From Malacoraja senta (taxonomy: Eukaryota): a DNA stretch of 64,000 nucleotides. Positions 11,643 through 23,938 of the stretch are shown in pieces. The stretch spans positions 2,232,001 through 2,296,000 of the forward strand of contig CM075988.1 in assembly GCA_038087875.1 (NCBI GenBank), in the 5' to 3' direction. Within the stretch, counting starts at the first letter, position 1. The number at the start of each line of letters is the position of its first letter. The notes below the pieces were generated by a model, which did not search any database, had not been told where the DNA came from, and was given only the letters and a program-made list of their open reading frames with translations. The translations under genes and the position numbers were made by a program.

Positions 11643-14350
11643 AAGTATTGGTTATTATTCAGATTAAATTTTGATTTTAATTGTTGAAATGATAATAAAT
11701 TTCCCATTTCATACATGTCACCCACCTTTTTAATTCCCAATCTTTCCCATTGTCTATATGTTTTATCCATAAAAGATGGTTTAAATACCGGATTATTCAC
11801 TATTGGTGTTAATTTTAAAGTTAATTTTATTTGTTTCCAAATTCGAATTAAATTATGTATAATTGGATTCTTCTTATATAATGTATTATTCAATTTTATC
11901 GGGGAGAAGAGGATCGCTCCTAAATCGTCCGGAAAACAATCCTCTTTCTCCATTCTTATCCATTCTATCTGTTGAGAAGGGCCGTCCAACCAATAAATTA
12001 TATTCTTAATATGCACTGCCCAATAATAATATAAAAAATTAGGCAGTGCAAGTCCCCCTACATCTTTAGGTTTACACAGATGATTTCTTTTTTAATTCTA
12101 TGTGCTTTATAGTCCCAAATAAAATTAGTAATATTAGAGTCTAGTTTTTTAAAGACATATTTTGGTATATATATTGGTATGGATTGAAATAAATATATTA
12201 TTTGTGGTAGAACTATCATTTTTATAGCATTTATTCTGCCAATTAATGTTAGTGGGAGCGATTTCCAAAATTTAATCAGAGCGTTCACTTTATTTAATAA
12301 AGGACTAAAATTAGCATTAAATAATAATTTATATCTTCTCGTAACTTGAATACCTAAATATTTAAATTTTTCCGTTGCAATTTTAAATGGAAATTTTAAT
12401 AGATGATTCGCTTTCTGGGGCTGTAATGACATAATTTCACTTTTATTCCAATTTATTCTATATCCAGAAAAAGAGCCAAATTCCTCTATTACGTTTAGTA
12501 AATTCGGGATACTCGTTTCTGAATTTCTAATATATAAAAGTATATCATCAGCATATAATGAAATTTTATTATTAGAGTCCTTAGTATTATATCCCTGAAT
12601 ATTCGGATGTGTTCTTATCCTTTCAGCCAAAGGCTCTATCATAAGGGCAAATAGCAGGGGTGATAAAACACCCCTGCCTATTGCCTCGTGATAATTGGAA
12701 TTTTGGAGACAACATATTATCAGTTAATATTCTTGCCATTGGTTTATCATATAATAATTTCACCCATCTAATAAAATTATCTCCCATATTAAATTTTTGG
12801 AGTACTAAATATAAATACTGCCACTCTACCTGATCAAATGCTTTCTCTGCATCCAAAGATATAACTGATAAGTCTTCCTTTTCCACTTTATGTGAATACA
12901 TTATGTTAAAAAGTCATCTCAAATTATTAAATGATTGTCTTTTAGGTATAAACCCCGTTATTAATATATTTACTCAATCTTCTTGCTAAAATCTTTGCTA
13001 AAATTTTTTGATCTGTATTTAAAAGTGATATAGCTCTATACGAGCCCGGATCTTCTAGATCTTTATCTTTTTTTGGTATAAGCGTAATTGTAGATTCTGC
13101 TAAAGTTTCTGGTAATTTCTTTTCGGTAAAAGCATAAGTATATAATTTAAGTAATCGTGGGACCATTAACTCCTGAAATCTTTTATAGAATTCATTATTA
13201 AAACCATCGGGCCCTGGTGTCTTCCCGTTTTTCAGTTCTTTTATTGTTTCTCTTATTTCTTCGCTTGTAATCTGAGCTCCTAATTCCTCTTGTTCTAAAA
13301 TATCCAATTTTTGCAAATTACAATTATCTAAAAAATGTATAATTTTATTGTCTTCTATTTTAGTTTTAGATGTATATAAATGTTGATAAAATTGAGCGAA
13401 CCTTTTATTAATATCCTTAGGTAAAGTTAATAGTTCCCTGTTCTCTGATTTGATTTTAATAATTGTTTTTTCCTTTTCTTGCTTCTTCAATTGTCGTGCC
13501 AGAAGTTTATGTGGTTTATCCCCAATTCAAACGGTACTTGTTTTGTGATTTGAAATAATCTTATTAATCTTGCCGATAATATTCGATTAAGTTTAAATTT
13601 CAATAATGTAATCTTATTATGTTTATCTATAGTTGGGTCTTTTGCGTTACCTAATTCTAATAATTTAATTTCCTTTTCTAACGTCCATTCTGTCCTGTTT
13701 TTTTTATTTAGAAAACTTTGATACAAAATTATTACTCCACGGATGAATGCCTTAAAAGATTCCCATAATAGAGATGGTGAAATACCTGGTGTCTCGTTTG
13801 TCTCCAAAAAAAAAATTCATTTGCTGTTTTAAAAACTCGTAACCTTGTGAGTCATTAGCTATTTGTGTGTTAAATCTCCAAAAGGATTTTATACCTGGCA
13901 TTCCCTCAAGTTTTAAAGTAAAAGTCAACGGGGAGTGATCGGAAATAATACTATTGTGGTATTTAGGATTAATCGTATATGGTATTAATTTTGTATCCAC
14001 TAAGAAATAATCAATTCTTGAATAAGTTTTGTGAACTTATGAGTAAAACGAGTATTCCCAGTTGGATTAGCTATTCTCCATACATCTGTTATATTAGTGT
14101 TTTTTATATATGTGTTTAAGAATAGTAAGATTAAACGAGAACTTACCAGTTTGAAGTTTGATCTTTATTTTATGAGTAGTTACGTTGGTGATTACGTGAA
14201 GAACCCCGCCAGTGCGCCTGCGCGTCAATCTTCGAAGCAGCGGTGTGAAATCACAAAAAACAACAAACGAAGTAATATAGTAACATAATAAAACAAGTAA
14301 TTCAAGAACTTCCATCTGACCTTTATGATAGAGGGTTGGGTCATGGTGGG

Positions 14351-14462
14351 CACGTAATCACCAACGTAACTCCTCATAAAATAAAGATCAAACTTCAAAC
14401 TGGTAAGTTCTCGTTTAATCTTACTATTTTACTTCGGAGTCACGTGAGTGACTACGGGAAGA
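14351..14462. repeat. Internal complementary region (ICR) of the DIRS element
   Basis: 14351-14428 is the reverse complement of 14121-14198 (77/78 identical). 14426-14456 is the reverse complement of 18847-18877. The two halves are joined through ATT. Confidence 0.95.
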
Positions 14463-14674
14463 TTTTAAAGCTTTGTGATTTCATGCTGCAGACAAATCCC
14501 GGCTTCTCACTGCATTGATTGACTCGGAACGAGAAATAATCAATAATGCATTAATAATACCATTTGCCTGACAAATGCAGTAATTCATTTATTTGAATAA
14601 AAGAATTAACAGTATCCCCTTTAACCCAGGGAAATTTAAGCAGAACAATATAGTATCTGCAAACAGCCCCGTAT

Positions 14675-15600
14675 TGGCAATAGGCCGATGGTAAAAGTGT
14701 TGAAACACCAACTTATTGGATCACCCGGCGGCTGTGAAAATATGGTCGACGGGACGTCCTTCGCCCTGGTCGTCAATGTTGCTGCTAAACTGAATGGAAT
14801 GTAAAACCATCAATGTTCACACCTGCAGCAACCAAAACTTGTTTTTAACCATCTTAAAATAGTCTGAACTGACACTATCTTGTATGGTTTTTCGTGAATG
14901 ATAAACAGTGCTGTTTTCATATTTCATAAGACCTTTGTAGCCTCAATGTATTGCAACAATTATGTCTTAACATAAAGGCATGGATCCATAGAATATGCTA
15001 ATAAAACACTCTTGAATCCTATCACACCTGATCCTACTTCATTTGAGTAGGTCATAAAATGTAAAACATAACATAATCCTGAGGTACTTCCATCCTGTGT
15101 ATCTGTAACTTTTGTAATGTCACAAGTGCCATAAGCATGACTACCTTCATGCTGAACTTGGCCAAATCAGAATCGTACCAAGACTCCATTGATGAAGTAG
15201 CTTAAAACAACTCTATATTCCAGATTCCCTCCTAGGTTTAGAAGGTCTGGAATTAAAATTCCTTTCATTAATCTGGAAATAAAAGAACGAAACTCAACAG
15301 GATGTCTTTCCAACCTCATCAATAAAAACAAGGAATAATATACTTCTGTCTGAATAAATCGCACTAACTCAACCCCTTAAATAGAGGTAAATCCAAGACA
15401 TTTGAGACATGTGCCATACAATATTCCATATTTTATACACAGACATTTTTTTCCCCTCATTCTTTACATAATGGGATAGCAGCATTTACAGAGTCACAAC
15501 TCAGATTCACAAATGTACTGCTTTTGAGTACTCTTCCGCCAGACTGCTGTAAGCATGCCCAGACAATCCTCTTTTTTTAAAACCTAAATCCATACAGGCA
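14675..15600 (-). pseudogene. Decayed tyrosine recombinase ORF of the DIRS element
   Basis: AAGVNIDGFTFHS...AATLTTRAKDVP/VDHIFTAAG*SNKLVFQHFYHRPI matches the HSTR...AGWS...F..FY C-terminal signature of DIRS YRs, with a frameshift and a stop. The upstream limit is approximate. Confidence 0.8.
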
Positions 15601-18600
15601 TATGACGGATGTTACTCTCCAATTATCGAATACACCAGTAACTTCCTTCTTTTGGGAACATTTATCAGAAACTGTGTCATAAATTCCAATATCAAAGGGA
15701 ACCATGGCTGCGTAGACCCGTCTGGTACCACGAATACCCCAGAGGCAGCATACTGCTTCATTTTAAGCAGACACCGATTTATGAGACAGGATGAAGTAAA
15801 ATGCCTATAACAACATACCATCCTAATATAGCGAGAAACATCCATCGCCACTGTCTCCCGATGTAGTCCCATAACACATATCTCTGTAACTGGTGATTGA
15901 GTCTAGATGGAAACAAGTCATATCTGGCTTCCCAAATCTGACTATTATATCATTAAAAAATCTTAAGGTTAAACATCTACTCTTTTATCATGGAAATTCC
16001 ACCCATGCAATTAATACATGCCATTGCTGTAGTGTTGTTAATTTGAAACTAAACATGCAGATTAGTTGTATTAAACAACAAGCTTGTGGCTCATAAGCCT
16101 TCCAATAGACTTTAAAATGTTGATTCTCCATGTCTGTAAAATAATACTTCTTCCATATTCCATCTGTCCACAGATGGATACCTTTTCAGTGGCACCAATC
16201 CTAGTACACTGATATCAGTCTGTTAAGACCATGGAAGGCTGTTCAATCCGTATCTTGCTTGAACTACTGAAGACATGTTAAATCCACTACTGCAATCAGA
16301 AGCAGCATTTGTTGTTTAATTGCATGGCCTTTCAAAAAATGGCCATCATGCATCTTAGTGTTTTTTTCTTTTTGCAGTCTGCAGCTGCTGGTAGTCCAAT
16401 GGCCCATATTGTATTGCTGGAAATAACACTAATTCTCCTAACAAGCTGGCCACCTGTCTTAATTGAAGATTGTTGCTTTTCCAACTGCTTAATACAACCA
16501 TCAATTAGCTTTACCCTTTACCCTGGGTAAATTACTACCCTTTCAATTGAATCAAATAATCAATTGTTGTAAGTATCGTTAAACTTAATTTCTTACTGGA
16601 TGAATTAAACCCAACTTTCAAAAGTGGTTTGAATAATTTGAGAGAGATAACTCACTAATTCTCTTGTTCGTCCTAATTAGGACATCATCCAGTTAAGCCA
16701 TCCACATCTGTCCTTGGACTCTAATTAGCCCCAAAATTGGTTTTACCAATTTAGTGAAATTCTAGGAACTGAAGTTAACCCGTTAGACAGAACTTTGAAT
16801 TGCCATAATTGTTCCTTCAGATAATTTTATCTTATAAATGAACAAACACTAAGTAATATACATCTTTCAGATCTATAAGTGCCATAAAACATATTTTTTG
16901 AAATAAATTGTTTGGCAGTCTCAAAGTCTCCATTTTGAAGTGTCTATACTTCACAAAATTTTAAAGACTTGTCAGATCTAAAATACTCCTCACCGTTTTA
17001 GGTTGAAAAATTTTAAACACAATTTGGTGATTTTGATAAACCGACCTTCCAATTATTTGTTTCTAAACAAGTTTTCAATTCAGCTTGACCCTCCATCAAT
17101 TATTTGTATGTGAAATTGGAGTGTTCTGCGTGGAACATGCTGGATGGCAAACCAGTATTTGAATCGAATCAATTCGAAACCTTTCTATAATACTCAGAAT
17201 AATAATTGAAGTAATTTGCTTCCAATATTTGGCTGTTTTTGCCTTAATATGTTCCCATAAGAACCAGGTCCACCTAACTCCTTTGTCATCTGAGTGACCT
17301 GTGGTCTCTGGCTCCTGGCAGGCAAAACCCACGTTTTTCGTTTTCCTGCTGCAGGACATCAACTGCGCACCTGCTTCAATGGTCGATTTGATCCTGATGT
17401 TGGTCCAGGATTTTGTATGATGTCTGAAAGGATACGTCCTCTTTGCAGACTTGACGACCATTGATGTTGTGATCAACTTTGCTGTTTTTGCCTCATTATC
17501 CAACTCTTTCCCACGATTCATGAGGTTTTTTCTCTGAAGAATGTTGAATGACTGTACATTGCTGGGCTTTACAGAGTTGCTGCAACTTTGGGTTGATGGT
17601 GGACCGAATGGCATACTTCCTGAAACAATTCATCTTGAAGTTGGCGCGACATAGCAACCTTAGTGCCACTTGATGCATCTCCATCCATGGCCTCCATCCA
17701 TTGTTTTGCAAATTGCAGTTGTTCATCAACCCAGCAGCTTCAATATTCTCTGCAGTTTACTTTCCTTAGGCTTACATGCCTTCGCCCATCTGACCCCTTA
17801 TATCTTGGTTCACTGCTAGTACTTTCAGCAATATGCAGTTCCTTGGGATCTTGTGCTTTTTTGGCATTTTCATCCATCGTAAGCTACTAGAGCTGATGGC
17901 AGACACAATAGTTGATCACAGAGGCCACTTCCTTTCCAAGTGGCTCTCCTGACTCTGACGGGGCAGCGAATCGTACTGCCAGGAGTAAAACATCTGGCAG
18001 CTGCCGTCTTCGCTCGTATCGGCCTCACCGTCAGACTCGGGGTCAGAACTCTCACAGAGCTGCAAATCGTACTGCCAGGAATAGCCCATCTGGCAGCTGC
18101 CGTCTTCGCTTGTTTTGGAAACTCTGCTGACCCTGTGCACGCGCCTCATCAATGAGGGTGCTATCAAGCAGCCCTTTACTAGGTGCTGCTGACCGGGCTT
18201 CTGGAGCCTGGTTCTGACATCACTCCTCCTGGAGTATGTTTTGTTGGAGCAACCTGTGTACAGGTTCTCCATTTGGAATATCCGCTCAGAAAGTGGTATC
18301 CAGCCTTGGAGGTGAATCCCAAACTGACTCTTGCTCCATGGCCCTGACTTGTATGTTGCCTAGCACCCAACTGCCGCTGGCTCCGTTCTTTTCTTTAATA
18401 CACAAGTCCACAGTTCGCCCCGCTCCCAGCCGGCGACTGTTGTAGGGTATGAGGCAGCCCTTCACCAACCGCATTCCCGCAGCTTTTTATCGGTATTGCG
18501 TTGCCCCACTGGTGCTGACTAAATTCACTTCAGCCCCAATATCCACAGTCGCTATGCTGTCTGCTGGCGACTGTACCGTGGTCAGAGGCGGCTGGTCGCC

Positions 18601-21485
18601 GACCGCAATCTCGCGACTCTATCGGCTGTGCCGCTCACCTCCTCCCCTTGCCCGTTTTTTCCATGATGCCTGTGGAAAAAATCCCCACAGACCCACAGTA
18701 AACGGACACGGAAATACTTCCAAAAAAGTTTATACTTATCTTGTAGTTGGAAACTACAATTCCACTAGAGGAGCTCTGCTCCTCGCGTCCGTTTGCGCCA
18801 ATGCGTCTGACGTAATGACGCGCAGGCGCACTGGCGGGGTTCTTCACGTAGTCACTCACGTGACTCCGAAGTAAAATTCACTAGACTTGGATTTGACACC
18901 ACCCTTCCTGAATTTTATTGATTTGTCTAAATATGAGTCTATAACTCAGTTAAAGTCCCCCCCCCTAGTATTACATTTTGAAAATTATACTCATCTATTA
19001 TATCCATAATTTTCTTTAAAAATTGCGGGTTATCAAAATTTGGAGCATAAATATTTATCAGAGTCAGTGGTGTAGAATAAATTTCTCCCGCCACTATCGT
19101 GTACCTTCCTTCTTTATCAGATATAGTGTTCTTTAATATAAATGGTATATCTTTCCGAATAATAATAGCCGTTCCTCTAGCTTTAGCAGTAAATGACGAG
19201 TGATAAGTTTGGCCTATCCAGTTTGCCCTTAGTCTCATCTGTGTTTGTAGTTTCGTATGCATTTCTTGCAGAAAAGCTATGTCCACATTTAAAGATTTTA
19301 GCTGGGCCATAATCTTGCCCCTTTTAATTGGATCATTCGCACCCCTAATATTCCAACTACAGAATGTGAATCCTCCATTCTTTTTTTCCTTATTATCCTG
19401 CATTGTAAATAGGTTTTGGTAATTTTGCTTCATGTGGTGTAGTTAAGTACCTCAGGCTTTTGGGTATGTGGGTATCATCCCATACTTCTGATGTCATTTT
19501 ACCTCTCCTCCGTATATTGAACCTCCATAAGAAAAAGAGAAAAGTGTGTTGAGAAATAGTGAAGAAAGAAAGAAAAATTGTTAGATAAACCACATAAAAG
19601 TAAATACAAAAAAAAAAGTGAGTTTAAGGTATCAAAAAGGTGATACCCTAAATACAAGAAGCCATCTATGATGGCCAAAAATTTATTGACCTCCGTAGAT
19701 GGAATTATACATTGAGTTCAGCCCCCTAAATACAATGTCATTTATAACTACATGCCATTTCATCTAAATATATCTTAATATATCTAAAATAATAAAAATA
19801 AAAATAAAAATTTCAATAACAAAAATTTATCTGGTCAGACCGAATAAAACAGAAAAAAAAGTTTCAACAATAGAAAGTTATCATCATCATCTTTACTATT
19901 TCAAATATTCTCTTATTTACCCCGATTTTAAACCTTCTATGTTACTTGCTCGGTATCACAGAGTCGTAGAATTGTAAAACATAAAAACACATGCCCTGTG
20001 CCTGTATCCGAATATATTCATCTGTTCCTTAATTACCAGCCTGTTTCAAGGGTTAAATTTCTTATCTTAAATACAACCGACTTCCAGCCCAGACCTCTGG
20101 AACTTTTCCAAATCATTAACGCCTCTTTCTTCACACAGATTTATAATGTTATAGTATTCTTATACCCCTTTTCATTAATTGTAGTGTGTTAGTGTACATC
20201 CTAAATTATATTTCAATTATTTTCCGCCTTATTAACATTATATATCTGTTAATAATAATCATAAGTTTGCTTGTTTTTTGTTTGCATTTAGGTTGGATGA
20301 TTATTAAACCTATTGGTGATTTAATTAAGGTACAAAGTTTCCAAGATAGTTAGTTGGTCATTTATCTGGATAAATGTTTGTGATGATGAATGTTTGTAAT
20401 TCTTAAAGTGTAAAATTTCTGAGGAGGACTTTGGTAGAGTTACTTAAGCCACTTGTAGAATTAGAATATTTGCAATGATGTGTTGAAGTAGTTTAAGACC
20501 ACAAATTCTGGTGAGACAAGAAATTGTGGTGTGAGTTGGTCAGGCTGTGAAAAGTGATGGAATCGTTGAGAATTATCTGTTAGCTGGGGGAGGGCAGAGC
20601 TAAGGTTGTATTGTGGCTGGGTTACCTTAACCTGACCTTGGGTAGTAACTAAAATACACACTGTCTGGCTTCCATCTGTGCAGCTGCGGCTGGTGTGGGT
20701 TTGCTGATCAGCCTACTTGGGGCCATGGTATGGGATTTGCTGTAGGCTTGTCTTTAGGTTATCTGGCTGGGGTTTAAAAAAACATGTTGTGCTACATGAT
20801 GGAATTGCAGCAAGATGTGGGTGTTTGCAGTTTTCACCTGCCCGTAACAGCTGGATTGGAACCTAAAGGAATGCAGACACATACTCACTTCATGAAATTC
20901 TATCCTGATGAGAATGTGTGTGCAGATTTGGTGAGAAATTTTCTTTTAATTTTAACATTCAGCAAAATTTATTGACGCATTTAAATTTTCTGCGACCTGG
21001 CGAGGCCTTCTGGCTTATTTCACCTGTGATCTTTGTGGTTTGAGTTTAGTTTGGCTGTTATCCTAGTTTTTATCGTGATTCTTTGTTATCTTATGGCAAG
21101 TTTCATTGTATTTACTTATTACATTTTTATGTGTGCAGTTTGCAAATTTATGTTGGATAAATGAATTATTCAAGGGGAAAATGTGAGCAGCTAATTTTTA
21201 GATTTTGATTCCCTTTGGTGCATTGTGACCAACAGTATGATAAAGCTTTCTGTTTTGCTCAACTCTGTTTTGGAGAGCGGGAATCTGCTGCATTCTCATG
21301 CCGCTTTTCCATTTCCGGCAAAAGCTGTCTGTGGCCTTATCTATAATAAATAATTTAGATGATGCTTTGGTCCTTTTTGCTTTGAGCTTTTAAGTGTGCA
21401 GCCATAGCTGAATTGGTCCCTGGAGGTTGAAGGATTCGGCTGATCTGCTGCGTCACTCATGAAATCTATCTCTGCCTTTTTGTAG

Positions 21486-21561
21486 GACTAGTCCGAGCAA
21501 AGATTGTGAACTATGATGCTGAGATCTGTGCAGGAAATACTGCTGAATTCTTCTCTATCCA
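21486..21561 (+). other. Candidate 76-bp exon of an unidentified host gene
   Basis: Polypyrimidine tract and TAG acceptor (TCTCTGCCTTTTTGTAG), and a CA|GTAAGT donor, in unique non-repeat DNA. Two frames are open: (G)LVRAKIVNYDAEICAGNTAEFFSI, or ATG-initiated MMLRSVQEILLNSSLS. Confidence 0.5.
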
Positions 21562-22789
21562 GTAAGTGAAAGAAATGAATCTCTAATATTTTAAACCCAA
21601 ATCTGACCTGTTTGTTTTTTGGATATGAAGCCAGTGTTATGTGTCCTTGGTTCTCTGCTGGAAATCGTCTTGTATATTTTTATTCCATTGCAGTTAAGTG
21701 TGAACTACTTGACTCATTACAGTTTGTTTTAATGATGCACCTTTACTATAGAAAAAATCTGAACTGTGATGCAATGTCTCTGTCATTTTTTTGTGATAAA
21801 AGTGAAGCTTTCTCATTAAGCTTCAATTTGTCTGCTTTTTCAATTTTTTGTTTTTCTGTTTGTGCAGAAAACCTGGCAACCTGATTTGTAGATTGTGATG
21901 ATGTTTCACATTTTTTCTTTAAATGATTTTGTCTCCATATTTCCCTGTAATCCTAGGAAATACTAGCAGTTTTAATTGTTGAAAGTTGAATTACTAGTAC
22001 CTGTCATTTCTGTATGCACAGCACGCGCATCACTTTCGTGACTTTGGACTACATTTCATCCCAGTTAAGGTACAAATTCAACTGCTACCTTCTTACAGAA
22101 AACTCTATTCACAACAAATTTTACAAATTCCTGTCTGCACCTGGTAATCTTAGGGATTTAAAATTTCTGTTATAGTTGAAAAATAAAGATGTAGGACCAG
22201 CTGCGGTTTATTCGCTTTAAAGTTTTTCCAGACATCATTTAACTCATTATAGATATTATCTGTTTGTGGAATCACTCATGGAAATTTGCACATCACTGTG
22301 GAGTTTTTTTTTTTTTGGCTCTATTGTCACCCATTTTAATGCTACTCTATTGCCTGAATACACTTATCTTGGGATATTGGTCCCTTGCACTGAATAATAT
22401 TTGAGTATTGCCACAGCTGAGCCTGCGCTTTTTGCTATTTTTTCAACATTTAAGGGTCTAGGAATCAGTTTAGAACTGAAACCTTGGCTAATGTGTTTTT
22501 CTGTTGAGAATTGCATGCAGATGCCTTCTCTTTGTTTCCCTTCTGCTGGCCCTTTGGTAAACTCAACTGACCTGAGTTCTGTGGCTATATTTGGTGATCT
22601 AACTCATACTTGCTCTGTTGACCATATACTTTTCCCTTTTTTGTTCAGTTACTACCTGTGAAGAATTGTACTCAGAATCCTGATGGTGTAACCATTCTGT
22701 GACGCACAGCAAATCCTAATTCGAAGTCCTTGGCTCACACAAATAATTGACAGAGCCCAGTAAGGCCACCTGTAATTTAGAGCAGACAA

Positions 22790-23430
22790 AGTTTAGGCAG
22801 TGAATAATCGGGTATGAGTAACTATTTATTGCAGATAAGTGGAAGATGTTTCATTTTGAGAAGTCAAACCAGGCTGAGACCTTCACAGTGAAATGTAGGG
22901 GCCTGGGGAGTGATGGAGAGGAGGCATGTGGAAATACAGTACATAGCCCCATGAATGTGGTGTCACATAGATAAAGAAGGCTTTTGGCACATTGTCCTTC
23001 ATCAGTCAGGGTACAGAGTATAGAATTTTGGGCGTTATGTTACAGTTGTACAAGACTGGTGAGGCCACACGGAGTATTGTGTTCACTTTTGGTCACCCTG
23101 CTATAGGAAGAATGTCATTAAACTGAAAAGAGTGGAGGGAAGATTTACGAGGATGTTGCCAGGACTTGTGTATAAAATCATGAGGGGAATATCTTTAATG
23201 AATACACTTGAATGTTTTACCCAGGACAGGGAAAGCCAAGAACCAGTGGACATGGGTTTAAGGTGAGACAAGTAAGATTTAATAGGAACCTGAGTGGCAT
23301 TGAACAGGTACAGTACATCGATAGGAAAGGTTTAGAGAGATATGGGCCAAATACAGACAAATGAGTCCAGCTTAGATGGAGCATCTTGATCGCATGAACC
23401 AGTTGGACCAAAGGATGTATGACTGCATGG
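22790..23430 (+). mobile_element. Old, degenerate CR1 fragment
   Basis: Recognisable CR1 DNA motifs (GTGAGGCCACA...GAGTATTGTGTTCA...TGGTCACC; AGAACCAGTGGACATGGGTTTAAGGTGAGA). Confidence 0.75.
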
Positions 23431-23557
23431 AGGGTAGCTGATATTATAAAATTCTGGAAGGTTTTTTACTGAGTTTTAGATACTAGACCAGGTGCGGACC
23501 CGTTGGGCACGTCCCCCATGGCAATATTCCACCACTGACCCATAGCCACCAACTGAT

Positions 23558-23938
23558 CAGGGCTTTTTTTCGCTGTTGCCAACTGGGCAACCTAGGCAGC
23601 TTTTTAGGTTGCCAAATGACAGTTTAGGTGGGCATTTAAGATATGTGCATGATGCGTGCTCACTTAGCATGATGCGTGCGATAATGTGTTCGGACGAAAT
23701 GCGTAGTTACCAGTTGGAATTATGCTCAATGAAGTATTCACATATTACTTCTGCTTCAAATAAAGTCACAAACTAAACGTATTCACCAATCAAGACATGA
23801 CATATACAACAATGACATGCAGCAAAATTATAATACGGTATCTTAATTCTTTTTACACGTTGCAATGAATGCAATTTCTATTATTTCTTTCCACTTCCAA
23901 ACAAAAATCTGGTTGGATTATTCAGCGTATGATCAACC
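23558..23938. mobile_element. Second, truncated copy of the left end of the 5352-9107 hAT-like element
   Basis: Colinear high similarity to 5352-5725 (CAGGGCT...GGGCAACCTAGGCAGCTTTTTAGGTTGCC...GTATGATCAACCT). Confidence 0.85.

Larger units (their letters stand above)
14121..18877 (-). mobile_element. DIRS1-like tyrosine-recombinase retrotransposon with complete terminal structure and decayed ORFs
   Basis: Perfect 35-bp ITR (14193-14227 / 18816-18850). ICR at 14351-14462 is complementary to both termini. Minus-strand remnants: RT QFKVLSNGLTSVPRI and *LDDV (~16680-16805); RNase H-like QTDISVLG and INNTTAMACINCMGG (~16000-16225); methyltransferase-like LINRCLLKMKQYAASGVFVVPDGSTQPWFP (15612-15872); YR C-terminus VDHIFTAAG*SNKLVFQHFYHRPI (~14675-14760). 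Confidence 0.93.
10289..20263 (-). mobile_element. 5'-truncated L1-clade LINE (frameshifted ORF2: APE endonuclease, RT, C-terminal Cys-rich domain), hosting two nested elements
   Basis: EN motifs SWNIRG, FLQE, NIYAPN, GGDFN and SDHSPL. RT motifs PGPDGF, YRAISLLNTDQKILAK, LDAEKAFDQVEW, RQGC, LYADDIL and KYLGI. C-terminal CDKC...H...C. A-rich tail near 10289-10320. Candidate TSD AGTTTGCTT at 10280-10288 and 20264-20272. Confidence 0.92.
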
